DNA of 63,888 nucleotides, the filler included, from Asterionella formosa (Eukaryota): assembly GCA_002256025.1 (NCBI GenBank). It is 9 parts of 9 records of this genome, joined end to end, with 100 filler letters (N's around TTAATTAATTAA, not from the genome) between each part and the next. Parts side by side here need not be neighbours in the genome. Positions count along the whole stretch, not along the records: positions 1 to 7,133 come from NKIB01012520.1; positions 7,234 to 14,364 come from NKIB01012521.1; 7 more parts are not named here. One strand, written 5' to 3'. The stretch's first letter is position 1, and every line of letters starts with the position of its first letter. Shown here in pieces: positions 1 through 10,799 of this stretch. Both the position numbers and the translations under genes were made by a program. A model generated the notes under the pieces. The model worked only from the letters and a program-made list of their open reading frames with translations, did not search any database and was not told the origin of the DNA.

Positions 1-1332
1 CGTGAAGGCTTCATGTGAGTAGTACCATGCTGGTTCGATTGTTCGAGCCGCTTCAAGGGTGAGACCTTGGCGGAGATCCTCACTGTCGCCTATCATTGCA
101 GGTGAAATGAGGTGTTTCGCACAGAATGCTTCAAGTGCAACCTCGAAAGCTGTACCAACTTCCTCAAAAGCTGGCCATGACGGAATATCATCATTTGCAG
201 AAATGGTACTTCCTGACATGCCTAGAAGCAACGCAAAACGAGCACTCAAAGCGAAACATCCCGAAGTACGTATCATGTCAATCATACCAGCAATGGCGCA
301 GCTGTCAACCGAAGTCGGCATAGGAGCACCGGTCGCCTTGACCAACCAATCTTGGATGCTGTTGAGATCATAGTAAATATCGTTAACACGAAAGAAATCA
401 AAGTCACCATTGTGACAGATGTAATTCTCTACCTTCAAGCAGCTTGGTTTCGGACAACTGTTGGAATTCATGGCATTCGCGAGATAAACTCGTCTGACTG
501 TTGAAGGTGTCCATTGATGAGGGTGTGTCCCGTCAAAAGTAGCCTTTGAAGAAGTAGCAAAGCGAGTGTGACCATAGAATCCTTGGATACCTCCCTTAAC
601 CTTGCCGTGGGTAAATGTGTCTCGCTTAACTTTGTCTTTGACGCCTTTAGATAAATCTGTCCGCTTGCCGTTGACAACTCTACTTCGAATCCCGTAGATC
701 TCATTGTTGTCATTCTTTGCCCAAGCAATCACTCCGCCAGTCTGTGCACCTCGCATCATGGTGACACTAATCATCTTGGCAAGTAAATCAAGGACCTGTT
801 TACTACTTTGGGAGCTTTCAGTCCAGAGTGGGTTGATGAGGATAATTCCAAAGTTGCCGCAAAGGAAAGTGGACGAGCTCAAGGTGCCATGCAGGCCAAA
901 GCCAAGAAGATCGGTACTTATCGCCTCCACTGCTGTAATCCAAGCAGCGGAGCGAGCTGAGTTGATCCACTTATTGGCTGCACTGTGTGTCCTTGAATGG
1001 ATCAAATGAACAACGAGACCCAACAGGATACTTGATATCCATCCGCTATGACGAATGATCATCACCGAGACAGGATCAGCATTGGAGAGTCCAGGAATGA
1101 TGACTCCTCGTCCAAGGACAGCGAGAAGGATATCCTTGACAGAGATTTTGTTTCCGATTCCAATGGCTGCAGCAGCGAGGACATGGGAGAACTCATGCAA
1201 ACCCCCAAAGAGTAAATACAATATCAAAAGAGCTCCAGTAAATGCAGTGTCATGCAATGATTTTTGGCCGTTGCAATTGGGTTGCAGAGGATCACGACAA
1301 GAAAGCATGGACGGGTTCCGATTGAATGCCAT
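1..1332 (-). CDS. M50-like (HExxH) membrane module fused to class-II glutamine amidotransferase (Ntn hydrolase, GlmS-like GATase) domain; 3' partial
   Basis: Hand translation from ATG 1332 is open to base 1 (444 codons, no stop, hence absent from the ORF track). N-terminal part is hydrophobic with LHEFSHVLAA (1197-1183). It is followed by CGNFGII (Cys codon 861-859), MMRGAQTGG, GHTRFATSSK, THPHQW, CHNGDFD and TSVDS, matching the GATase-II motifs C1, RG, GHTRWAT, HP, HNG and D. Confidence 0.85.
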   Translation of the reverse strand, partial: MAFNRNPSMLSCRDPLQPNCNGQKSLHDTAFTGALLILYLLFGGLHEFSHVLAAAAIGIGNKISVKDILLAVLGRGVIIPGLSNADPVSVMIIRHSGWISSILLGLVVHLIHSRTHSAANKWINSARSAAWITAVEAISTDLLGFGLHGTLSSSTFLCGNFGIILINPLWTESSQSSKQVLDLLAKMISVTMMRGAQTGGVIAWAKNDNNEIYGIRSRVVNGKRTDLSKGVKDKVKRDTFTHGKVKGGIQGFYGHTRFATSSKATFDGTHPHQWTPSTVRRVYLANAMNSNSCPKPSCLKVENYICHNGDFDFFRVNDIYYDLNSIQDWLVKATGAPMPTSVDSCAIAGMIDMIRTSGCFALSARFALLLGMSGSTISANDDIPSWPAFEEVGTAFEVALEAFCAKHLISPAMIGDSEDLRQGLTLEAARTIEPAWYYSHEAFT

Positions 1333-2117
1333 GCTTTTGTTTCTACTTTAAAACGATTTGTGTTTACCTTTTGTAAGTGATGGGAATCAAACGAAATGTC
1401 ATCAGATTTAGTTGAGGGAATCAGTGTGACGTCTCGATTCTTCTCAAAATAGACAACGTAATATATTTTGTGATGAAATCTTGAGAAAAGTATCATCTTA
1501 AGACCTATGTAACTCCTACAGTAGTCGTGGACTCCTGACGTTGACGACATCAGTTCATGTGTATGTATCTACGTCTGTAGGTATTGTTGGGTATAAATTT
1601 GCTAATTATATTCTTGTGAATTGTGAACCATCGTCTTCACGATCGAGCGCACGCCATAATTTAGCTTCGTGTTTTCATTCGGGTACGAACATGATGCTAG
1701 CTAACTGACGCAACCAGGAAACCGGTTTTTAAATACAGATTACGCATGACAGACGGGTATATGATGTTTGCATAAATATATTTATTAATTTTGTATCTTG
1801 TTGTACTTGAAATTCAATGCCACATCAAAATTACAAACAAATGACGTTTTTGTGAATCTTGATCGAAGTTATTCATATGATGTATATACTCCGAGATGAA
1901 AATTGCGTTATAAAAGTTGCATTAGACTACCGGTAGATTCCTATGTACAGATACCGGTTGCTAGATTACCAGGTAAAAGGTAGCTGGTACCACTCGGAGT
2001 AACAGTATCAGTCAACCACTCAGAAGAGAGTGGACCTAACAAATTCAATTTCGATCATGCCTAAGAACAAAAAAGAATGATTTTATGTAAGCTGTTACTG
2101 GAATCAATGTGATGAAG

Positions 2118-2148
2118 TTGCATTTGCATTTGCATTTGCATTTGCATT
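2118..2148. repeat. (TTGCAT)n microsatellite
   Basis: Five tandem copies of TTGCAT. Confidence 0.85.
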
Positions 2149-3057
2149 CCAGGCATTCTGAAGTTTATCTTAACTTGTGATACTAACTAGTTGAGGCAGT
2201 AGTAGTACCATATCGTAGCAGAGTGACGACGCACAATGTTTGCATTTTCATTCCAAACTCCAGTACCAGGGTACCAGGTACCAGGTACCTGGTACCGGAG
2301 TGTGATAGCTACCGGTATGTTGCTGAAGCTGCCTTTCTTGTTTGGATTTGCTTGCATTCCGGGCATTCCAGCCAAGAACGAAGTGGGAACTGTTGAATTG
2401 AAGTGATTGCATTTTCACAACCAGGTACTACCTACCAATGTTGCAATTCTTCATGATCGCGATTGCAGGTTAGATTTTTTTGCTTGATGCTATGTCATAG
2501 ACTAGGAAGGCTGATAGTTACCGTACTCTAATAGTGGTCAATATATCATACAGAACTATGCACCGGCATTTTGATTATGAAAACTCCGGATGTACACTTA
2601 TAATTAGGTTCGCTCGTGCTCAAAGCCACCAGTAGCCGGTCAACTGTTATGCTTAGTACTTGTACCTCGTACTCATTTGACTGAGAGTCATAACTACGTT
2701 CGGTAGATGAGCTCAATTTATCACTTCCGGTAGTTAACAACAGATCTGAGCAATCCTAATGCGGATTATGGTCTAAAACAAAACAAAATGCTTCGTCCAC
2801 CCTTTCTTCGCCTATGACAATCTCTCTAAAGCGTTATATATGGCCGATCATGTTGTCCCTGAACACTTCACTATATTCTCGTCTCAACATCTAGTGGCAA
2901 AATAACACACTTCTATTACCAGGCCACTAAGCAAGGAGTAGATTTTGACACGGCATGGTGTCACAGCAAAATAAAGTAGAACGGAACCCAACAGCTTCTT
3001 CTATATACATATGTCTCCACCTACTATTATTCTACCATACGATCGAGCATTCACATA

Positions 3058-3372
3058 TCATCCTTTCCTCTCGTAGTTGTCTGGCGCTGGCATGGGATTT
3101 TGTTCAAGTGAAACTTGCCAATGGTGCGAGCCTCCCCCTCCACTCATGGCGGCGATATTGAACTGATTCAATTGCGATATTCCCTTGAACGCTACAGCGA
3201 CTTTGCGTTTGGTAGCTTCATCGTTTGGATCGAGATCGCGGTTCTCACGGAATTCCTGTCGAATGGAGGAAACAATTCCATCCTTATTCCTCGACGGATA
3301 CACTTGTGCAAGTCGAATCAATCGTCGATACAAGTTCAGAAGTTGTCCTTTGCTGACGAGCAGAGCAGACAT
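3058..3372 (-). CDS. LYR-motif (Complex1_LYR family) protein
   Basis: 104 aa; LLNLYRRLIRLA ... IRQEFREN is the LYR...F signature. Confidence 0.85.
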   Translation of the reverse strand: MSALLVSKGQLLNLYRRLIRLAQVYPSRNKDGIVSSIRQEFRENRDLDPNDEATKRKVAVAFKGISQLNQFNIAAMSGGGGSHHWQVSLEQNPMPAPDNYERKG

Positions 3373-4175
3373 GCTGATGAAAATGGGGCGTTGGCGGTTG
3401 TGGTGGTAGGATTATTTAGTTGCTAACGATGGGAACAACGATCGTAGATAGAAGTTAATGGACATCAAAATCTCGTGCGGTGGATGGGCACGTAAAGCTA
3501 TCCATCATCGTCAGCACTCCGCTATACATACACAATGCATCACTTCGCCTTGTCGTGCGGAAAGGTGCAGCAGAAGACGGTTCTTACTATGGTGCAAAGA
3601 CAAAATTTCTCATTTACTAAAAGCAAATTCCGCTCAAGATGATGTGGTACGGTATGTATTTATATGTACATACAATAATCATCAGACATTTTGGAGTGTT
3701 TGGGCTGATTGTTGTTCGATTCGAAAACCGAAATTTTACAATCAATCCCACGGCGGAGACCATCGTCTCCTGGAATTGATATTTTCACTGCATCAGCCAC
3801 CTTACCGTAGTTTTATATACTGACTGCATTTGCTAAGCACCCCAAGAATTTTCAATGGCTTGTAAGTTAGCATGTAGCACTTCCTGGCAGTGCCAGCCTA
3901 GGTTTTCATTCTTTCTAACCAACCCAGTATCATCCGAACAAATGTTTGGAATTTGGGTGCCAGATCACAGGGAGAATGGTTCATGCATTCTCTCCAGTGG
4001 GAGCCGGAAAAAATTCAATGTCATGGTGAGTGTGTTGTACCGTCAAATTTTTTATTGGCGTTAGCTAGAGTATACCAAATATTTGTATCATTCTCATTGC
4101 TTCCCTATTGTAAATTCAATTTATATTATTTCCAGTTGATCCTCTCCAGTGAATCTCGATCTCAAGAAGCAACAA

Positions 4176-4230
4176 GGATAGAGAATCTCATATCCCCAGT
4201 GTAGCTTGCATGAACAGTCATTCTCACTTT
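4176..4230 (-). promoter_or_regulatory. Candidate SECIS element in the GPx 3' UTR
   Basis: Minus strand GAGA-AUGA-cuguucaugc-AA-gcuacacuggggauau-GA-gauucuc fits AUGA-N10-AA-N16-GA with a GAGA/UCUC basal helix. Helix II pairing is imperfect and folding was not computed. Confidence 0.45.
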
Positions 4231-4259
4231 CGAGTATGGCAGAAATAACCAAAGTCATT

Positions 4260-5092
4260 TTATTGTGTTGCATAATGATGATGAGGATTGATACTATTTT
4301 CGCCCAATAATGCTTCAATGGAATCCGACAATGTCAACGGCGCATCATGTAACGTGTAAAACGCCACTGGTATTCCCTTGTCGTTCACTAGATATTTGAA
4401 AAAGTTCCACTCAATCTTCGTTTCTGGCATTTGTTTGTGTAGGGCGACATAGACTGGGTTGTTATTGAGCGACGATATGCCAAACACAGGGAAGGTGACT
4501 TGCGGAAAGTTTTCCTTCACAAAGTTCTGTATAGCGTCGTTTTCAGGGAGTTCCTGATGAAAGTCATTGGTCGGAAAAGCCAGGACCTAATTTTGAGTGT
4601 GATCAGGAAGGGTATGGAAAGTGAATTTTTTTCAAAAACATCAGATTCTTCCCGATCAATGCAACAACGTACCGAAAAGCCCTTGGCTCCATAACGTTCT
4701 TGCAGTTGACTCATTTGTTCATAAGACAACTGCGTCTTGCCTCAGTGACTAGCCACATTAACCACCAAGGTCACCATCCCAACAAACTTTTCCAACGAAA
4801 TTCGTTGACCATTGCCACCCTCGACTGACAGGCGATAAATGGAGTTGGGTGGTAAGAAGGACGACGGTGGGAAGTCCTTCTGAATCTTCTTGTCGACCTG
4901 CCTTAAGGATCGTGGGGTGTACTTGGTAACACCGTGTTTTACTTTGATAATGGCAGCAAGGAACATGATGCCAAACAAACCGAAGCACATGACGAGAATA
5001 GAACTACGCTTTGCCTGTTCACGTTCAAACTTTCGCCCTTTTGCCTCGTCTTCGTCCACTTTTGCTGCCATTGGCGAGCAAATTGACGACAT
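4260..5092 (-). CDS. GPX: Selenocysteine-containing glutathione peroxidase with N-terminal membrane anchor (exons 5092-4673 and 4586-4260; Sec TGA at 4744-4742)
   Basis: LVVNVASH-TGA-GKTQLSYEQMSQLQERYG continues in frame, corresponding to the GPx NVAS-x-U/C-G motif. A GT..AG intron (4672-4587, 86 nt) joins it to VLAFPTNDFHQE and IEWNFFKYLV. Hydrophobic segment ILVMCFGLFGIMFLAAII near the N-terminus. Alternative start ATG at 5071. Confidence 0.9.
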
Positions 5093-6001
5093 ACTTTCCG
5101 AGGGATGTGTACGAAATGAAGAGAACCAACTAATCAAGAATGCAAAGCTAATTGAGGGGGGCAGAGTAAACTCAAGTCTACCAAATATACCCCCACCATC
5201 AGGCAGTGTACCAGGTAGACTACCTGGTAGCTGGTACCAGGTACCAGGTACCGGTGCCGGGACATGATGGTATAAAGTACATTGTCATAAAATGGCAGAG
5301 GATCCTTAAATAATTTTTTAGGGGGCGGCCGGGGTGATGACATCATTTGTTTCTATCAGCGACTACATGGTAACACATATGTTATGCATTTTATACATAT
5401 TTGTATATGTATGACATGCAGGTCTAAAAAATACCATTACCGGCAATTATATGTTATGTCGTCAGTAAGTATAGTATCGCTCAAACTTGACCTTCGGCGA
5501 GTTGCATCGTGGACCATGAATGAAAGCAGTGCTTGAGTGCATGACAAGTCTTGGATAAACTCATGGAGAGATCACCTCTGCTCAACCTCGCACATCCAAG
5601 TAATAGTACCATTAAGCACGATACCAGCCAACGACAAGCAGTCAGCGAAGTGTAGGCCTTCGCTTAGTATATACCTTGAGTGTAGAGATCACAATGTGCC
5701 AGGGTATTATCAATATAGAATTTCTACTACATCCTCATGACTTAAACATAAACCGATGGCAAGCTACTAGTTGCCAATAGCTTCCTTCAGCTCTTGCTGT
5801 TGGGACTATTATATACGTAATGCGTGCTAATTCATTGCGTCTAGCGACTTTGGGTGCAAACGTCCTCTATTTCTAATAAGGATACTTTTGCCTACGGTTT
5901 TGTAACTACTAGCTAATCGCACATTCAGTTATATCGGCTAATTGTGTGAAGTCATGGTGGGGATTGATTTATTAATGAATGCTGCATACAGTAATTTTCA
6001 G

Positions 6002-6448
6002 CTATAGTGTCGTAGATCTCGACACAAACATCCACTCCGGCCGCAAAAAAGGTTCATTTAGGACCATGTTTCCTGGTCTGGTTCTCCTATCCTCGTCCAG
6101 GATAGATGTAGGGATATACAGCCATTCTGGTGGCCCATAGTGACGCACCACCTTACGTTGACGATCACGCTCCTCTCTACTGTTGCTGCTTGCTATACAT
6201 TCAGACCAAAAGTCCAATTCTTGCATGACCTTGTTGTACCTTTCTTGATGATGCATCGCGTTAGTGTCACATTCACCATAGATGAGTTCGACTTCGGTGT
6301 CGAAGGATCTGCTTTCGATGTATGCCGCTTCCGATTCCCAAAGCCGTTCTTGTACCGTAGGACTAGTAACGTTGTTATCGACAGGGTTGACTTTGACGTC
6401 AACATTGTTCTTGTAGAGACTGTCGTGATGGTTGATTTTGACAAACAT
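6002..6448 (-). CDS. Hypothetical protein
   Basis: Long ORF with protein-like composition (MFVKINHHDSLY...RPEWMFVSRSTTL). No family recognised; start uncertain, possibly as far as 6523. Confidence 0.45.
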   Translation of the reverse strand: MFVKINHHDSLYKNNVDVKVNPVDNNVTSPTVQERLWESEAAYIESRSFDTEVELIYGECDTNAMHHQERYNKVMQELDFWSECIASSNSREERDRQRKVVRHYGPPEWLYIPTSILDEDRRTRPGNMVLNEPFLRPEWMFVSRSTTL

Positions 6449-6873
6449 ATTGATCTTGCGTTGTGTGCTAAATTTGTGAGAGTGACACTGGCCTATTTTG
6501 GCAAAGTATAAATTATGTGACAATGAGCAGCCATGAATATTTTTGGAATTATGAAGAAATGATGGTTATTTTCTTTGCAACAACCCACGATTGCATTTCC
6601 GATCTTGCCAAAAGTTTGTCCACCTATGTGACCCTAAGATATGCAATGACTGAGTCGTGCGATTTTCGTATTCGTCATGATCTTATTTTTATAATAAGGA
6701 CCGACCAATCACATTGTCCACTATGACTCCTTTAGTTTGATCGCTAGCCTACTACCACAAAGGAGTGTTATTTGGACCGTAGGATGTGTTGTTGGTGTCG
6801 CTCGCTCAGAGAGAGAAATAGTGAAAGTGGGGGGGGGGGCCGATTAAGTTTGAAATTAGAGGTAACAACCCCG

Positions 6874-6925
<52 letters not shown>

Positions 6926-7133
6926 AGTCAGTTTGCAATTAGAGGTATCATCCACGTAGCACTGCTGGTAAAGTCTAGCTGGTAACTGAATTCAATTGAA
7001 GCTCAAACGATGCCATGATCATGATATTGTAATTGCTTTACCTGATACCGGTAGTACCAGCAAGCGCTATGTGACAGAAGCCAGCTAACAACTACGGGTG
7101 CCTACCTATTGAGGAGAGAAAATGTAAAATTTT

Positions 7134-7233
7134 NNNNNNNNNNNNNNNNNNNNNNNNNNNNNNNNNNNNNNNNNNNNTTAATTAATTAANNNNNNNNNNN
7201 NNNNNNNNNNNNNNNNNNNNNNNNNNNNNNNNN
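7134..7233. other. Artificial contig linker (N44-TTAATTAATTAA-N44)
   Basis: Identical 100-nt spacer with stops in all six frames; recurs eight times in the window. Confidence 0.98.
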
Positions 7234-7897
7234 TGACCAGCTTCATTAACCTGGGGCGCTGTCCATACAAGTTCCTGATAGACAGAAAGACGACAAGTAG
7301 AAAGGCCGATTTTCTCATGATCAGGCTTTTTGCGTGACAGTACACCAATATTTTGTGAGCGATAATATGAAGGAATTGTTAAGATTTTTGCTTTGTTTCA
7401 ATTTTTTTTGTCTGCCTGAGGATGGCACCACCTGGTACCCACCCTGGTACCCTATAACCGGCATACATATATTTATGGTACACCAACTCAGAAACCGTTT
7501 TGCACCAAATGGCACGCGCTATGCTTATGCAAAGGTTATGACATCATATAAGTATTATATGTCCCTGGATACATTAATATAGACCACCAAAATAAGAACA
7601 GCCCAGTTGAAAATGGTTGGTATTCATCACTCTAAGTATACATTGTATTCTAGACAAAAATATTCCGGTAGACTAGCTTCTAAGTCGTACACGGTTCTAC
7701 TACTGTACCTGCAGCATTATGTACTAATGTACTTCGTTTTTCTCTTTCATGTATTATTACCGTACGCACCCGGTCCACTGCTATAAATAGACCCAAGGTA
7801 CCAGTACCATGGTACTAGGAAGACTAAAAGGGTACCTGGTACAGCCGGTATACGTCCTGGTACAGGTACCCCCTAGCACTGAAACAGAATAGTAACA

Positions 7898-7964
7898 AGC
7901 AAGTTGCGGTATGGGATAAAGAAAGCTAAATTCTCAGTTTCAAGACAATTACCGCAACTTGCAT
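7898..7964. mobile_element. Internally deleted copy of the CCTGCAAGTTGCGG MITE family
   Basis: Inverted repeat GCAAGTTGCGGTA...TACCGCAACTTGC; its reverse complement aligns to 10388-10440 including the interior. Confidence 0.6.
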
Positions 7965-9299
7965 GCACCGTGGCACTCACTCCGTCCAATAATAGTTAAA
8001 CCAAGCTACCTAATCAAAACGACTGGCACCCGACATGGAGGAAATAGCTTGTTGGGGACTCGCTCACCAGTGTACCGGGTACAGAACCAGGTACTGGTAC
8101 CTGGCACATTCAACGGCTCATTTGTCATGAGGATACGCACTATGATCATGTGTGTGCGCGTGTAGAATGCGCTTTTAAAAGAGAGTGCGTGTGCCTTACA
8201 TGACTCCAGATTTTGTGATTCACAGCCATGCTGGAGCACTTGTCGCTATGGCTGGATGCAAATTCAAGAAAACACAGGTTAGCCTTGTGTTCGGCTGGTA
8301 CGTCATAAATTAATCACCAGTATAACCCTAAATTTTAGATATTTTGCGCCTCATTTTGCTGTCAAAATGCCGATCACCATGGAGCTCAGCACATGCTGCT
8401 GCATTTCTCTTGTTTTCATTGTGCTCAGCCCCTTCAAGGCCCAGTTACAGCATTGCCAATGTCTTGATGATGAGAATCTGCACATTGAAAGGGCTACTGC
8501 ACAGTAAGGCAAAAGTTTTCACATGATACTTCACATTTGTCAGTACAGATGCCAATACTACCTGCATGCCCAACTACAAAAATTGCCTAACAATTAATTA
8601 TTTCTCATCTTATATTCTTATTGATCATGAAATTAGTTTATTTTTCATAATATTCATTGTTAAGCTACTGTGAAAGTTTCAAATCTCTTCGAAACATTGG
8701 TGTTATCAATCGTACATTTCTACATTGGTGCATGAAAAAGGCGCCATTGGTGACTTCAATTTTCGTTGTCAATATTAGTGTTACTTTGCTATTTTTGGGG
8801 GAAATTCTTCCTGCCTGTTTCATGCCCATCAAGTCATCTCCCATAACTTTTTGTTTCATGGAATCATCAACTGTGCCTATTTTCGAATGTTAGTTGATTG
8901 GCGGATGTAGGAAAGACCAGCCAGTTCTTCAAAATCTATCCCCTGCTGCACAGGAAGTCCTTATATAGCTAACTCACCCCTACAAGGCCTACTACCTCAC
9001 CAAATTGCTGGCTCACAAATCATATAAATTGACAAACACTTGATTGTTGGATTATTCGTCCTGCCTATTCCATGCCCATCAATTCAGCCTTCTCTCATGC
9101 CTTGTCAACTCTCAAAAATCCAGAAAAGACAGGACACACAAGTGTAAATTACAAAAATCATCTCAAAATATCTTGCAAAAAGTAAAGGGAAAATTGGCTG
9201 TTATTTCATGACTTTACAAACATGTGTCCAGAAATGAGGATAAAAATAATCGTGTGGAAAAGGGTTAACAACTTGAAGTTGTCTAAGTAGTCTTAAGTG

Positions 9300-9545
9300 C
9301 TCCTTCTGAGATTCTGGTGGGTTTGATTCCTCCACCTGTCTTTTTCATACAGTCCCTCGGATTCCAGGGGTGTTGCTGATAAGACAACTCGCATGGTGCT
9401 ATATGGATAAATTAAACAGTACTAAGCACCCAAAGTGACCACATTTGGTATATAACTGGATTTGTAAGTAAATATGAACACCAGAGCTGATAATGCTAGG
9501 AAGCGCAAGCTACATGGCTGGGCGACCCTAATAACAATAGAGTAG
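9300..9545 (+). repeat. tRNA-derived (SINE-like) dispersed repeat, copy 1
   Basis: Degenerate B-box GGTTTGATTCC followed by CTCCACCTGTCTTTTTCAT..GTCCCT..CAGGGGTGT and AGGAAGCG..CTAC.TGG, shared with the reverse complement of 40083-40258. Confidence 0.5.
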
Positions 9546-9993
9546 CCGTAAAGTTTTCATACCAAACTACTATTTCAACACTGGCCCTAGGAAACCATTT
9601 TGAAGAACGTTTTGATAGTTTTCCAATGATACATGAGAATGATGAGTGGTACAAGTAGTTGATTAGTTAGACAGCAAATCAGTACTATGAGAAAACTTCA
9701 AAAAGGAAAGAAAAACTCAATAAATGTAACACATTAAACTATGGTATACTATGGCAAGCTAACACAATTCATTTTGAAAACAAATGAGTTTTCCTTAAAG
9801 ACAGAAAGTGCAGCATTTAATTAAGAATGCTTTCTGATAGGGCCCACAGTACTGGCTTTTGTATAACTTAAGACCAACTAAGTTTTACGAAAAAATCGAC
9901 ATTTTAAATGTTAAAGTAGGATACAAAAATCTACCAACAAGAATGTAGCAAGAAGTTCAACCAAGGCTAGTCCTCGCATTCATCTTCAATTTT

Positions 9994-10310
9994 TTATTCA
10001 GAGATGTCGATAATGATCTTTCCCTTGGCTCATCCGCTCATCTGATACTCAATCGCTTGAAAAGATTCTTCAAATGGAAACACTTTGTCAATGACTGGTT
10101 TCACTTTACCCTCTTCCAAAAGTTTGGCGATTAACTCAATAAGTTCTCGATTTGCTTTGCAAAATACGCTATATTCGGGAGAAGAAAAATCAGCAATAGT
10201 ACGAAGGTCACCGCCACTCTCCTTGAGAATGAGTTTTCCCATTTCCACTTCTTTTGTTGTATCAACAACAACGTCAGCCCAGCCCTTCAACTTTTCACCA
10301 GCATTTTTTC
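9994..10310 (-). pseudogene. 5'-truncated MDR/zinc-binding dehydrogenase (quinone oxidoreductase-like) pseudogene
   Basis: ADVVVDTT...LLEEGKVKPVIDKVFPFEE...SG*AKGKIIIDISE. The in-frame TGA at 10032-10030 replaces the usual Arg of GRAKGK, and the N-terminal part is missing. Confidence 0.7.
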
Positions 10311-10384
10311 TTGTTGACGCGAGTCACACACGAACATCTCCGAAGTTCCTGAACCATCATCATGTCGATCATGCTATAACAGAG

Positions 10385-10484
10385 TACCTGCAAGTTGCGG
10401 TAATTTTGCTGAAACTAAAGATTTAGCTTGCTTTGTCCCAGATTAAAAAATTAGTTTAAGCAAAATGACCGCAACTTGAAGGTA
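10385..10484. mobile_element. MITE with about 34-bp terminal inverted repeats and TA ends
   Basis: TACCTGCAAGTTGCGGTAATTTTGCTGAAACTAA versus right-end reverse complement TACCTTCAAGTTGCGGTCATTTTGCTTAAACTAA (31/34 identical). Confidence 0.75.
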
Positions 10485-10754
10485 GAGTTGGTACCTGGTA
10501 CCTCTGCTGAGAAGAAAGTTGCGGAAAAGACGGTTTTTACTATGCACAAAGAAAAAATGGCTAATAATGTCTCATTTGCACAACACCTTGACGATCTATG
10601 TATTATTTACCAAAAAACATACCCACAGCAAATAAAGTACAAAAGTGTTTACATGTGCGTTAATTAAATGAATCGCACTTCAAATGATCAAAGCACAACA
10701 GAAAAACGTATGGTAAAAGTGGATCATTTTGATAATCTATATTGAATAATCAGT

Positions 10755-10755
<1 letters not shown>

Positions 10756-10786
<31 letters not shown>

Positions 10787-10788
10787 CA
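10756..10788. repeat. (CAGG)n microsatellite
   Basis: About eight tandem CAGG units. Confidence 0.85.
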
Positions 10789-10799
10789 ACACTTGGATG

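Noticed and set aside
59..1550. Track ORFs 59-373, 126-323, 468-728, 704-1009, 1055-1351 and 1224-1550
   Set aside because: They overlap the much better supported minus-strand frame 1332-1 and have no motifs of their own.
10030..10032. In-frame TGA in the MDR dehydrogenase as a second selenocysteine or read-through codon
   Set aside because: It aligns to Arg in GRAKGK, not to a redox Cys, and the gene is 5'-truncated. CGA>TGA decay is the simpler explanation.
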